A stretch of 64,000 bases of DNA from Raja brachyura (Eukaryota). The notes under the pieces are model-generated. The model was not told the origin of the DNA, searched no databases, and saw only the letters and a program-made list of their open reading frames with translations. Location: NCBI GenBank assembly GCA_963514005.1, contig OY740807.1:14508001-14572000 (forward strand), in the 5' to 3' direction. Below are positions 1 to 11,930 of this stretch, in pieces (position 1 is the stretch's first letter; each line of letters starts with the position of its first letter). The translations under genes and the position numbers were made by a program.

Positions 1-474
1 GTCCCCCGACACACGCCCGCTGGATCAAGGAGGTGCTCTACAATTTAAAGCTTGAAAAACTTAGGTTTTCTCTCAAAGGCTCGACCAAGACATTCCTAGA
101 TACATGGAACCCTTTCCTGGAACTTGTTAACTCTCTCAACTTGTTTCCGGACTTGGAAGAGGACTGAGTGCCTTCTATCACTGCTCTGTCTTATTGCAGC
201 TGCTCTCCCCTCAACCCCCCACCCCCCCCACACTTTTTTTTTGTACCAATTGTTTCATTTATCTTATCGTATATGTGTGGATGTGTACGTATGTGAGTGT
301 TGTTTGTCCCCGTTTGGTTCCGACCTGATTCAGGTGGATTGAGGGGGGGTAAGGGTAAGGGCTTTGAGGGTCGCTTACATACTGTTGCACAATTATGTCC
401 TGACTATCACTGTCTGTTATCATTGTATGTATGCAAATTGCTGTGAAATTCAAATAAAAAGATTTAAATAAAAA
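1..474 (+). mobile_element. 3' end of an L1-clade LINE (ORF2 C-terminus, 3' UTR, A-rich tail), truncated by the window start
   Basis: Frame 3..167 reads PPTHARWIKEVLYNLKLEKLRFSLKGSTKTFLDTWNPFLELVNSLNLFPDLEED*, resembling the C-terminus of fish-type L1 ORF2 as I recall it. It is followed by AATAAA (~453) and an A-rich tail to ~474. Confidence 0.8.
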
Positions 475-2613
475 TCCTTGCATCTGTCGAGATAGTGGAT
501 GGCTAAACCTGTGCTTAGTTCTTTTCTTAATTGGTCATTTTCCACTTTTCTGTTCACCAAATAATATTTTCTTCCCGATTACAACAAACTATGCAATCAG
601 ATTCCAGCATCATTCCTTTAATCCAAGTATTGTCCACAACATAACTATCCAATAGCATACCATCAAAAACAGGCTGGGCAATTATCGAAGATGCAGTTAC
701 TATGATGTTTCAATTACACCCTCAAATTCATCATTCAAAATATATGCATGTCATGAGCAGGCAGTGAGATAGAGTGGCTAAGACAAAGAGGGAGACGAGG
801 CGAGAGAGAGGAAAACAGAGTGAGAGAGAGATATTGTGCACCATTCATTGGGTGATGGAGAGAGATAGAAACAGTAAACCATGCTAATGGCTGAAGCTCT
901 TTTGGCTCTGCAGTAAAGAGTATCTATGACTACTGTCACAGTTTGCCAGGCCCACAGAATTCAGTAAAATATCACTTGTCTCGTCATGATTATGTACTAA
1001 ACTTTCTATTTTATTACCAACAGTTGGAAGCAAATTGCTGCTCCAATCAGTGCGGATATTTCAACCATTTGGTAGAAAATTACAAACATTATTTTGTAGA
1101 CAGAGGAGCACTTCAGACCATTGGTCCTTTTGAGAAATGTGTTGAGAAATAGGCTGGAGAACTCTCTGCTTCAGATTCTGCCATTTAATTCTAACAGCAT
1201 CAGAACAGAACCATAGGGTGTGACTTGATGTCTCATTTGAAGGAAAGAATCTGTACAAACACTCAATATTGGAGGACAGATCGAACTCTTGCTTTCAGGC
1301 GTTGACTCAAGGGACATCATACAGTCTAAATTATATGAGGGAAAGTCAGGCAGAAAGGCTGACTGAGCAGAATAACAGTTTTGAACCGATGGATTTTGGC
1401 CATCAAAATTTTCATTTCCAAAAAGGTGTTCAACTGTTGTCAATTAAAAATGGCTAAGATCGATATATTAAAGCAATATATGGAGAGAGAACCAATGGGG
1501 AAGATGGGCAGGGTCGAGCAGGAACAGGCTTGATAGGTTGAATAAACTACTCCTTAAGACCATTAAAAAAAGAAGCTTCCTTACTAATTATAATTGGAAT
1601 TAATTTAAGAGCAGAGATTGAAAAATTTGTAATAACAAGACATGAAAATTGTCTCGTCTCGTTGATTGATTTATCAATGTGAACACATTGATAACAGTTT
1701 TAAAGAATTAAAGAATTCATTATGACAAGGTTCAACTGCATCAATTAGAAAATGAAAATTCCAAAGGAAAACAGTTTAAGAAGCTCCTGACTCTTGCACA
1801 CGATGAAATTACTGTAACAGGAGCTTGAGTGTGAGGTGGGGACTGCTAAATGCAATGTTTCCTTTCGAGCCTCAGTTTATTTGACACAATGAGTCAAATG
1901 GAAGGCCCTGATCTGCAGTTACAATTTGCTGTTTATCTTCTTTCTCTCCAACCCCCAGCTTCAACGGAAGTCCACGTGGAACACCCTGGCTAGCCTCGGC
2001 CTAACCTCCCCCATCTGGAAGGAGACTAACCAGCCTCTGGGCTACTTTCAACCCTTCCCAGCTGTTGGGTTTGGTTTTTTTTTTGTTTTGTGAGGTTGAG
2101 AGAGCATATTTGTATAAATGATTGCCATATCCCCAGCCAGCTGTTGACCCCACTCTGGTCCTATGCATGGCATGTTTTTCATTTCTCCTCACGGCAGTCT
2201 GGAGCTGACCTCGGCGGAGTTAGCACGCTAACAACCAGCCTTACGTGTGAATGCCAGGATGGAGCAGACAAAAGATGCACAGAGTAGTTCCTGGGGCCGG
2301 TGTTTCGCTGTAGGCTAGTGTCAGGGACCTCAGTCAGGAGAGGTGGGATCACTGCGCAGACAGGAGGTGCAGATTTGGCCGCCTCCTCCATAGCTCCCTT
2401 CAACTTTATTCAAAAAAGGTTTTTAAATGTTCGGACCAGATGAAATCTTACAGAACAAAAACACAGACTCAGCTCAACACCAGGTTCTGGTTGATTCACT
2501 TGAAGAAAAAAATAAAGCAAAACTTGAGCCTGTGTTGCACTTCAAAAGAAATCTTTTTTTTTTTAATTCGGTGGTTGATAAGTTAGATTGTACAGTGCTG
2601 TTTCTTTCCACAG

Positions 2614-2658
2614 TAGGTGATCTAAAACGAAAGTTTGATGGAGAAGTAGCCGAAAATG
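2614..2658 (+). CDS. Candidate 45-nt (or 42-nt) symmetric phase-1 cassette exon of an unidentified host gene
   Basis: Polypyrimidine tract tttctttcca plus tandem acceptor CAG/TAG (2611-2616). The open phase-1 frame reads xGDLKRKFDGEVAEN. The donor ATG|gtagtt is weak. Protein not recognised. Confidence 0.4.
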
Positions 2659-3365
2659 GTAGTTTCTGAATTTTTTTTATCATTCACGAAATTCGTATGG
2701 GCTATTTAGCATGACGTGCATATGTGTCTGATATACATTTCGCATCAGATATGTACCAAATGGTGACATTCCCTTTTGGAACACTGATCAGGAAAAGAAT
2801 CTAGTCTTTGCTGGAAATTCCTTGAAGCAATGCCGGAATGGAACACTGCCAGGATAAACATCACTCTTATCCTCTGTCCTTCAACCCACCAAGCTCATCG
2901 CCGCCCCTGCCAATTGCCCTGACTCAGACACTGAGCAAAACCTGCACCACTACCATTGCTCCTCCTCCCACCTACAATCAGGCCTGAGTCAGGACCTGAA
3001 CTCCCTACCGTTTGTCCAGGATTGACCATTCAACCAGATCAGCTCCAGGGTTTATGATATCCTGAGGTCCTGGGTTAACCAATGTCCAAATGGGGCCCTT
3101 GGTTTCTCTCACAATCCACCTCTGGCCCCAGTCCTGTTTACTGACCTCACTTCCTCTTCATCCCCTGGATCTGGCTCAGTCCTATTCAATGAAGTTCCTA
3201 TCAGTTCTTGACCATTACTGACACTGAAGCGGCAGGTATTGGCAACCCACAACACTGACATTTCCAGGTATTGCGTTACATTTGGAATAGTATAATACAA
3301 TTTTTGAAATCTATCTGAATGGGTGGGCATTAGTTTAGTTTCTTACCTGAAGTTTGGCAATTAAG

Positions 3366-3651
3366 ATGCAGCTAGTGGTGCTGCTGCCTCACAGCGCCAG
3401 AGACTCAGGTCCGATCCTCAACTTGCTATATGTGTGGAGTTTGCATGTTCCCCCTATGACTACATGGGCTTCCTAATCCGGTTTCCTCCATATCACAAAG
3501 ATGTGTGGTTTGTAGGTCAATTGTCTTCTGTAAACTGCCTCTCATCTGTAGGGAGCGGATGCATAAAGTGGGACAACATGGAACTAGTGTGAATGGGTAA
3601 TCGATGGTCAATGTGGACTTGATGAGCCCAAGGGCTTGTTTCCATGCTGTA
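3366..3651 (+). mobile_element. tRNA-derived SINE (HE1/V-SINE-like), diverged
   Basis: Degenerate tRNA head, central tgtgtggagtttgcatgttc block, and the CR1-type tail agggcttgtttccatgctgta shared with other copies in the window. Confidence 0.85.
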
Positions 3652-3796
3652 CGTCCAGAAATATGAACACACTGTCCTGAAATATAGGGCTGTATTAACA
3701 GATCTTGGCCTGGAACCAAGTTGGCTGCTTCAGGACAGCCTGATTAGGAAAACTATTAATAGGCACAAACAGGAAATAAAAATATTTATGTAGAAG

Positions 3797-4038
3797 GGCT
3801 CATCGCGGTGATGACAAAGGTCTCACTGAAGCAATGATTGAGGAACTTGTCTATTGAATGTTAGGGGTCTCACTGAGTTGGTGACTGAGGGTCTTACTGA
3901 GACAAGTACCAATAGAGTCATTGAGACTGGGCACTCATTGAAGGTATGAATGGAGACACATTGACAACAACTAAGGGTCATATTGTCACAATGATAGAAG
4001 GACTCATTGAGACAATGACTGAGGCTCTCTCTGTAACA
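3797..4038. repeat. Degenerate ~24-bp minisatellite, about 10 units
   Basis: Units such as gggtctcactgagttggtgactga, gggtcttactgagacaagtaccaa, gggtcatattgtcacaatgataga and aggactcattgagacaatgactga. Confidence 0.7.
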
Positions 4039-4069
4039 AACTTTGGATGGTCGTAGTGAAGTTTTAAAC

Positions 4070-4790
4070 CTAAAAGATTGCAACATAAGATAAGGGTCAC
4101 GAGGTTCAGAGCTAATATCTTACCATGGATTTGGAGTGGCTGAATAACAGTGTGCCAGGAGACATTTTATTATCAGATCGGTTGTCAGTGACTAGTGGGG
4201 TGTCCCTCAGTGCAGGGGCCTCAACTATTTACAATCTATATTAAGCATTTGTATGATGGGATCAAGTTTACTCTAGCTAAACTTCCTGACGGTACAAATA
4301 ATAGCTTTGCAAGTTCTGAGGAGGACACAAAAAGCAAAAAAGAATATAGATAGATTGAGTGATCAAAAATGTTGACAGATGAAGTTTGACATGGGAAAAT
4401 GTTATGTTATCCACCTTGGAAGGTGCAATGAGAAAATAAGTTATGATTTAAATTGAGTGTGACCACAAAATGTTGCACCACAAGTGTTTTGGGTGTCCCA
4501 CTGCATGAAACGTATGGAGTATAGCACATAGCTACAGCAAGAAGGCTTATGGAATGTTGGCCTTTATTGTGAGCAGTAAGGAGCATAAAGGTTGGAAAGC
4601 GAGTAGTGGAAGGTGAGATTGTGGAGTTGAACTAAAATCAGATCCTCCATGGATGACAGAGCAGGTAAAATGAATTGCATGGCTTCATCCTGTTCCAATT
4701 CATATGTTTGCAGGAGTGAAGTTAGCAAATCATTTTACATATGAAGACTGGTAGAAAGTTGGAACCCTTTCCTGGAATGGCAATTGATTT
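4070..4790 (+). mobile_element. Old CR1-type LINE fragment (RT region to 3' end)
   Basis: gtgactagtggggtgtccc...caactatttacaatctatatt encodes VTSGV(P)...QLFTIYI, followed by a degenerate FADDTK-like motif. Many indels. Confidence 0.75.
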
Positions 4791-4794
4791 GCAA

Positions 4795-5008
4795 TAGTTT
4801 AGTATTGTCGTCACGTGTGCCAGGCTTTGCTTTGCATGCTATCCAGTCAAATCACACCGTTCATGAGCATGTCAGGTAGTGCAAGAGAGAAAGTAAACAG
4901 AATGTGGAAGGTAGTGTAACAGCTACAGGGAAAGCGCAGTTAAAAAGTGTATGGGGCACGATGAGGTCGATTGGAAGACCAGGAATTCATCCCTGGCATA
5001 TGAGAGGT
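4795..5008 (-). mobile_element. Rex1/Babar LINE 3' UTR fragment
   Basis: The reverse complement aligns by eye with the Rex1 3' UTR at ~13025-13240. Confidence 0.7.
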
Positions 5009-6037
5009 TAGCATTTCAAGGCCATCTATAAATTTAAAATCTGACTGATAGAAAAGTAATACAAAGGTAGATTCCATTTCAGCCTCAGTCTACGCAAATA
5101 ATGAAAAAAGAATAAGGGGTCCCTCCGTCCAATGGATGTGTGTAGGTGTAAAATGAGCTGCCAACTCTCTGCTTCATGCTAGCACCCAACAAAATATCCA
5201 TCCACTGTCTGCTGGGAATCGCAAGTCCTAGTGTCACGGGGCCTCATCGTGTATACCAGAGGGCAAGCTGTGAAAACTTTCACACATTTGATAAACAAAG
5301 CTGAGGTATAAGCCATGGCTGGCAACTGAACTCACAACCACCGTAGGAAGTATCACCAGAAATTAGCCACTTGTTCTCTGTACGTGGGTTTAATTGAACT
5401 AATCATTGGTTCTTTCCCCTACACTTTGTGCAGCCAACTCTAATTACAAATGAAAGCCCACAGGTCAAGACAATGGGCTGATTAACATTGCCTTTTTCCG
5501 GGGCCTCACTGAACTCAAACCTGTTCTGAAGTAAATGTTTTCGTTCAACAGATAATCATCTGTTAAAGTTTACCAGCTGCCTGAACTACTCTTTGCTGTT
5601 GTATAAATTAAGAAGGGACAGTGTGTCTGGGATAGAAATGCCAGGTCTTCTGTGGATGTTTATTCAAGTTCAGAGTCACTGGCCTTTCTGTAAGTGGACC
5701 TCATATTTACAGTTTTTTACAGCTCACCATGTCCATGCCAACCATGCATTGCACATCTATACTAATCATATTCCTCATTGTTTTAAGTGTTCTTTCATTT
5801 CCCAGTCTCTGGATGAGTAATGCGGTGTTCTAGGCTGGAGTCATAACGTAGCCCAGTGTTTGGACTAAGCACCATTATTGTTCAGAATGTCTTCCAGGAC
5901 GTCCCAATTTTCTAAAAAGATACACTGATTATCACTATATTCTGCTTAGCCTACATACAAATTCAAAATCTGCTTTACTTCATAGTTAGATAAGCCAACT
6001 CAGAAAAAAGAGTATTAGAACATCTTCCTTCACATTA

Positions 6038-6228
6038 CAATGGCTTGCAGTTTTTTATTTGTAAAAAAATTTGAAAACCACGTATCATTTTCCTTCCACT
6101 TCACAATTATGCGCCACTTTGTGATGGTTTATCACATAAAATCCCAATAAAATACACTTACGTTTGTGGTTGTAACGTGACAAAATGTGGAAAAGTTCAA
6201 GGGGTATGAAAAGTTTTGCAAGCCACTG
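6038..6228. mobile_element. Collapsed Tc1 derivative: 12 bp of one end fused to ~180 bp of the other TIR
   Basis: TA(6036-37)-caatggcttgca|gttttttatttgt...gcaagccactg-TA(6229-30). Nearly identical to the TIRs of the element at 18749-20342. Confidence 0.93.
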
Positions 6229-7394
6229 TATATCAACGGCGGCTGCCCCTTGGCTAAATGGGTCAGGGTCTCAATACAAAAACTTGCTTTGGATCTGGTG
6301 GCCTACTATAGGGAGAGACAGGGCAAGAACTCAACTACTGACGGAGGATACCAAATGTCCCGAGACATTGAAAGCTTGGTTTCTGATTGCCTCCCTGTAA
6401 AATGGGATGCTTAGAAATGGCTTTGTTAGAGATCAAAATGGACAAGCCTCCAGTCCCTAACGTGAGAACATTATAAAGTATGTTCATCAGGAAACCTTAA
6501 TCGTTGTTTCATCTGGCACTTGAGTCACATTCCCAGCATTTGGCTGTTCTATAACTTGACTCCCTTGGGAGCAAAAGTTTATCTTGAAGACTGTGTCTTA
6601 ATATAAATTATGCAAAGCTCTCTTCTGTGACAAAATGAGAAAAATCCCAACTTTGACACTGAGTTATTTAAGAAAAAAGCTCAAGGGTTGTGTAGATCAC
6701 AAAATGCAATAGAATAAACCTTATCCCTCAAATATCAAGCAGCGTGTTTCTGTCACATGGCAACAAAAACCTAATTTTTATCCCAGCAATAATCAAATGC
6801 ACCTATGCCTGAAATCCATTGGAGAGTGGAAAAGGGAGAACATACATTTTGTTATGCTAAGTGCAATGAAACTTTAAACCAGCTCTGTATATTTCCTTTC
6901 TGGTTTTAAATCAGCCAGTCTCATGGCCTAAAATGTAAACTGGGCACCAAATGTGCAATTATTTCCATACTTTTCTCTGTTTTATGATGTGGAGGTGATA
7001 ACTACTAATGTTTATAAAACAAGAAGGAGATTTCAAAGTTGTCCCCATTTTATAGCAAACAAAATAATTGTCTACAGATTTTTAATGAAATCATCAATTT
7101 TCCAACCAGCGTGTGGTGATGTTGGCCCCCAGCCCAACTTCGTTCAGTAGCTCTATAACAGCAAGGGGGGGGGGGGCAACTTCTAACTGAACATACAGAG
7201 CTTGGGAACTCGACAAAGCCATGTGACCGGCTGGGATGCAGATTTCAAAGCACAAACTTGCATTTCCTTCCCCATCTAAAGTTTCCTGGATTTTGCACAT
7301 CAACCAAACAGTTTAAGCTGAGACCTTGGGGAACTCCTGGTTTTGTTGGGAGGAGCCCAGTCTGGATGAGCCCAGTCCATCACTTCCTTCCACG

Positions 7395-7830
7395 CAGCCC
7401 ATCTTCATGGTGTATTGCATCAGGAAGTCTGGAAGCATCGTAAAGGATGCCTGCCATCCTGGCCATCCCATTTCTTCTCATTTACCTTGTGGGAGAGGAT
7501 ACAGGAACTTCAAAACTTCACTTGGGTGAAGAACAGCTTCTTCCCCATGGCTAACTGACTCCTGCACCAATTACCTCTTACACACCCCATTCTGGGCGGT
7601 GCTGCCACACATGCTTAACTCTACCCCTTTCAGATATTCCTTTATTGTACTTTTAATTTTGCTTTGCACTGCTCAGATTTTATACTACAATCTTGCATCA
7701 TTCTGTACATTTATTCTTGTATTATCATTACTGTATGTAAACTGTGCATTCTGAGAGCTTTATACGAGCAATTGATTCCATTGCACGATGGGTGGAAATG
7801 ACTATGAATTAATCTGAATCTGAATGTAAA
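7395..7830 (+). mobile_element. Rex1/Babar LINE 3' fragment
   Basis: Encodes CIRKSGSIVKDACHPGHPISSHLPCGRGYR...KNSFFP (Rex1 C-terminal motif) and ends in a (gaatct)n-like tail. Confidence 0.8.
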
Positions 7831-8019
7831 TGTAAATGTGGGGTAGGGAGAGTGGAGAGACGTTGGTGGGGGGGGGGAGGTTGGGGAGGGAGAATCCAGT
7901 TCCCAAGTACTTGCCCTATCCCAAAAGTAATCACAGGATATGAAAATGAATGTGACATTTAAGTCGGTGCCATGTGAGGGTGGGTTAACTGTAGACAGAG
8001 GCAATGGAAGCCAAACTGG

Positions 8020-8320
8020 TCTGGCAATCCTGAGGATTAGGCTGACAGTACAATTATATGAATTCCCTTTGGCAGCTGAAGAATTTAACTTTAGTAATTA
8101 AATAAAGTTCAGAATATAAAGCAAGCAGAAACTATCACATTGTCGCAAGCGCATTCACTAAATGCTCCTGATTTAACATGCCTCCATGTCCCAGCTATAT
8201 GATGCCTCTTAACTTAAACAGTGACTTCTGAAAAAGAACTAGTAAACCATTCAGTTCAAGGGCAATTACAGATGGCCATTAAGTGTATGTTTGCCAGTGA
8301 TGCTTATGTTGAATAAAAGA
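8020..8320 (+). mobile_element. Ancient SINE remnant (Meta-SINE-like) with a LINE-derived tail
   Basis: The tail cagttcaagggcaattacagatggccattaagtgtatgtttgccag matches the LINE 3' end at ~32665-32710. The body resembles 30530-30805. Family name from memory. Confidence 0.5.
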
Positions 8321-8579
8321 AGCAATCCATTGGGTCTCAGTTCTACCACCATATTTATGTCAAAATCACTCTCCATTAATATCTGATGCCTGGACCATTT
8401 GTAGCATGAGCCCATGAGCAGCATTTGTAACGGAAGGTTTGGCTGTACGACTCACTGGAAGAATGCTGATACACCTGTCAGAGGTACTGTCTTTTAGATG
8501 GGCATGAATTGAGGCCATCAATATCATACTAAAAACAGTTTATCAAATGTAGCTCAACAGATTCCACCAGACTGGAATA

Positions 8580-8800
8580 GTACATAGAACACAGAGAGTC
8601 CAGCACATGAACAGGCCCTTCGGCCCACAATGTCCATGCCGAAAATGATGCCAAGTAAAGCTAATCTCCTTGGCCCACACGTGATCCATATCCCTCCGTT
8701 CCCTGCATAGCCGTGGGCCTATGAAACAGCCTCTTAAAAGCTACTATCGTATCTGCCTCTACCAACCCCCTGGCAATGCATTACAGATACCCGCCACAAA
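8580..8800 (-). mobile_element. CR1/HER1 LINE 3' end
   Basis: acaggcccttcggcccacaatgtccatgccga is the reverse of the tail shared by the SINEs and LINEs here. Confidence 0.8.
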
Positions 8801-9282
8801 AAAGGGAGCCAGACATGAGGGCAGTTCTAAACTCTGGTAATGTTCTGCAGGAATGGTAGACGGTATGGACATGCAGCAATGATGCAGATTATGCATTCTG
8901 AATACATAGATCCAGGTTGCTTTTCCAAAGGACTCTGTCTTTTCTTCCAGTCCTTTCCAGTCTCCATTCTACGATGAATCTTCACTGTAATGCAAACGTA
9001 GTAATGCAGGATTTCAGTTTTCAAATGAATAATTATGGAAAACTGCTGGAACTGTGCATGATTGTGCATTAAAACAGAAGTCTGATGGTTCCCATGACTG
9101 CATACCTCGCCAACATTGTTTGGCTTCACTTGACAAGGCCCAGGTAAAGTGTTCAATAATCACTGAAAGTGGCAACAGAGGAGGTTGCCATGGCCGGCAC
9201 AAAATGCTGGTTTTGCAACTTGTTCCCATGGACTTTTGACTTTTTAAATGTTCTCCAATTCCCTTTTGAACCCAGTGACCTC

Positions 9283-10137
9283 ATCGGGTGGCGCCATGCG
9301 CGGCAGCCTCGCCAGCAGTCCGTCCATCACTTCACCTTTTTGGTATTTGCTAGTGTGTTAAAAGTATGTTTTACAAGGTTTCTTAGTCTTATTTATGTGG
9401 GGGGTGATGGGGGGAAGAGGGGAAACCGTTTTCTTAGTCACCTCCTGGTTGGAGAGTGGCTTTTCTCCGAGTCACATCTACGCCCTTTCCCCTCCCACTC
9501 CCCCCCACCATCTGGATTGGCGCGGCCTTTCCTACCGGAGACCAGCCTGAGCTTCAGCTGCGGTGCAGCACTGAATTCCATCGCTGAGCGGAACGATGCC
9601 TTACTGGGGATTGTCGGGTGGAGCTCCAGAGTGCTGGGCCTGCTGTTTAACACTGTGGACCTGTGGTTTGCAGAGCTTCCAGCTGCGGGCGCCGCTGATT
9701 CTAACATCGCGGAGTCATGGGATCCTTTGCCGAGGGTCACCAGCGTTTAATCTCTGCCTAGCTCGGCTGTGGACTTTTGGAGCCGCAGTCTCTGGTAAGA
9801 AGTGGCAGATTCGGAAATTCCAAGCTGCTGAGAGTGTTCTTCCGTTCCGGCGCCGGAGCTCCGATCATCCCGGCGAGAGGGCCTGATCATCGGGCCACCA
9901 TAGCGGCCACTGCGGAGGGCTCAAAGGTCCCAACCACGGGTGAACAATGAGGAAGATAACTGAACTTTACTTCATTGCCTTCCCTCACAGTGGGAAACGT
10001 TGATTCCGCTGTGGGGGATGTTTATGTCAAATCCTATTGTGTATTGTGTTATTCTATTTGTATGGCTGTATGGTAATTCCAATCTCACTGTACCAATTGG
10101 TGCATGTGACAAGAAATGTAACTTGAACTTGAACTTG
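9283..10137 (+). mobile_element. Non-coding CpG-rich retroposon with a Rex1/Babar-type 3' end
   Basis: Ends ctcactgtaccaattggtgcatgtgacaagaaa plus (aacttg)3, like the Rex1 tails at ~13205-13250 and ~38940-38970. No RT coding capacity. A homologous 3' part lies at 43448-43760. Confidence 0.75.
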
Positions 10138-10279
10138 TTATCAATTTAACTCCCACCTCTCTTTGACATTCTATGTTCTAATAATTCATTTCACGAAACC
10201 TCTTTTATCAGTTCTGGTTACCTGTCTTTATGTGATTAAACATGATAGAAATATTAATGTGCAGTTTACACCTTAAAAC

Positions 10280-10578
10280 AGAACTAGGCCATTCGATCAT
10301 GGCTGATCTATTTTTCCCTCTTAATTCTCTTGCCTTCTCCCTGTAACCTTTGACACACTTACTAATCACGAACCTAGCAATATCTGCCTTAAAAATACCC
10401 AACAATTTAGCCTCAATCGCTGTCTGTGGCAATGAATTCCACAGATCCACCACCCTCCAACTGAAGAAATTCCTCCTGATCTCCATTCTAAAGGTATGAC
10501 CTTTTATTCTGACGTTGCAGCTTCTGATCCTAGATTCTCCCCCTACTGGAAACATCCTCTCAACAGCCGCTCGATCTA
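10280..10578 (-). mobile_element. CR1 LINE 3' fragment
   Basis: ORF 10208..10597 contains EIRRNFFSWRVVDLWNSLPQ, a CR1 ORF2 C-terminal motif. Confidence 0.85.
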
Positions 10579-11080
10579 GCAAGTTTGCAGAAGACACAAA
10601 AATTGGAGGAATTCAGTTTGGTGGGGAAGATGGTCAAAGGATTCAGCAGTATGTAGACCAATTAGAAATGTGGGCAGAGAAATAGCAGACGGTGTTTAAA
10701 CTGGCGAAATGTGAGGTGTTTTTATCTGGGAGATCATAAGCACGAGGAAAGTATGCAGTTAACGGCAGGACTCGAAGAAGCATTGATGCAAAGAGATCTT
10801 GATAGCTACCTGAAAGCGGTAACACCGGCAGATATGGTGGTAAGGAAGGCATAAGGCATGCATGCCTTTACTAATCAAGATGTTAAATATAAAAGTTGGG
10901 AAGTTATGAAGTTGGGAAGTTATGCTACAGCCGTGTAAAACTTTGGATGGGCCACATTTGAAGGACTGTGTGTGGTTCTAATCCCCCTCACCCCCTCCCC
11001 CCCACTACAAGAGTATACGCAGCTTAAATCTTCATCATTGTCAGCACAGCTATTGGTTCCAATGCTGTACTGTTCTATAT
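10579..11080 (+). mobile_element. CR1 LINE RT fragment, head-to-head with the preceding fragment
   Basis: aagtttgcagaagacacaaaaattggagga encodes KFAEDTKIGG. Contains a tandem 16-bp duplication of aagttgggaagttatg. Confidence 0.8.
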
Positions 11081-11609
11081 GTTTTACGATACTTTGGCTG
11101 GGGACCCGAGAGTTACAGTATGTATCATCATTTTAGCATTTTAGGGTATGCAAATGCTAAAATGACTGTATACAACTATGATGAGGACACAGTTTCTCAC
11201 TCAATGGGCTGTGCATCTTGAGTCTCTCTATCCAGAGGACTGTGGATGCAATACTATAGTAGTATATTGATGGGAGAGTGAGCCAAGTTGGAAAATCAAC
11301 CGTGATCTCAATGAACAGCAGAACAGGTCTGAGGAAATTTATGGCTCACTCTTGCTGCTATTTCTCATGTTTCTACTGGCAGTCACTACACAGAAGTTCA
11401 TTTTTAATATTAATCCAACCAAAGTTTCATATCATTAATCTCACAATTCTATCTAAAATGAACCGTACTTTTCCGGCGTTCCGCACAACCCAAGTCTCTC
11501 GCCCTCGGTTTAACTAGCTGTTTCTTTTGGTTCCCACTGCCTTTTGTACTCTCTGTCCTCGTAATAAAACCTCAGATTTTTTTTTTCTTTTTATAAAAAA
11601 TGGATCAAC

Positions 11610-11930
11610 TCAACTTCCCACTTTTAAGGTTTGTATATCCAAAGCCTCAAGCCTGTGTACTCTTCTGCTCCATTTAAAACTTATTTTTTCATTCAATGTT
11701 TTGCATATTTCCTCTCCTACTATCTTTCCAAAATATATCAGTGTGCACTTTTTCTTTGTTTCAACTGCCTTCTCTGAAACTGAATGAAATCTCCACACAG
11801 CTAACCACATTCCTCATTTTTGTGTGATCCACAAATTTTGATATTACATACTCTGAGATTAATAGTCCTAGCTATGCTTCCCGGGGGACACCATTGATTG
11901 CATCCATCCACCACAATGCTCTGTTTCCGG
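11610..11930 (-). mobile_element. Old CR1 RT fragment
   Basis: The minus strand reads LNRKQSIVVDGC followed by a GVP.GS-like motif. Confidence 0.6.

Noticed and set aside
3797-4038. CRISPR-like periodicity
   Set aside because: These are degenerate tandem units without unique spacers, there are no cas genes, and the context is eukaryotic.
5595-5700. TATA-like tataaatt followed by an ATG and a CT|GTAAGT donor
   Set aside because: No CpG island, no recognisable peptide and no downstream partner exon; such motifs are expected by chance in AT-rich DNA.
9169-9886. 193-aa and overlapping ORFs
   Set aside because: They lie in a GC-rich non-coding retroposon, cross its boundary and have no recognisable domain.
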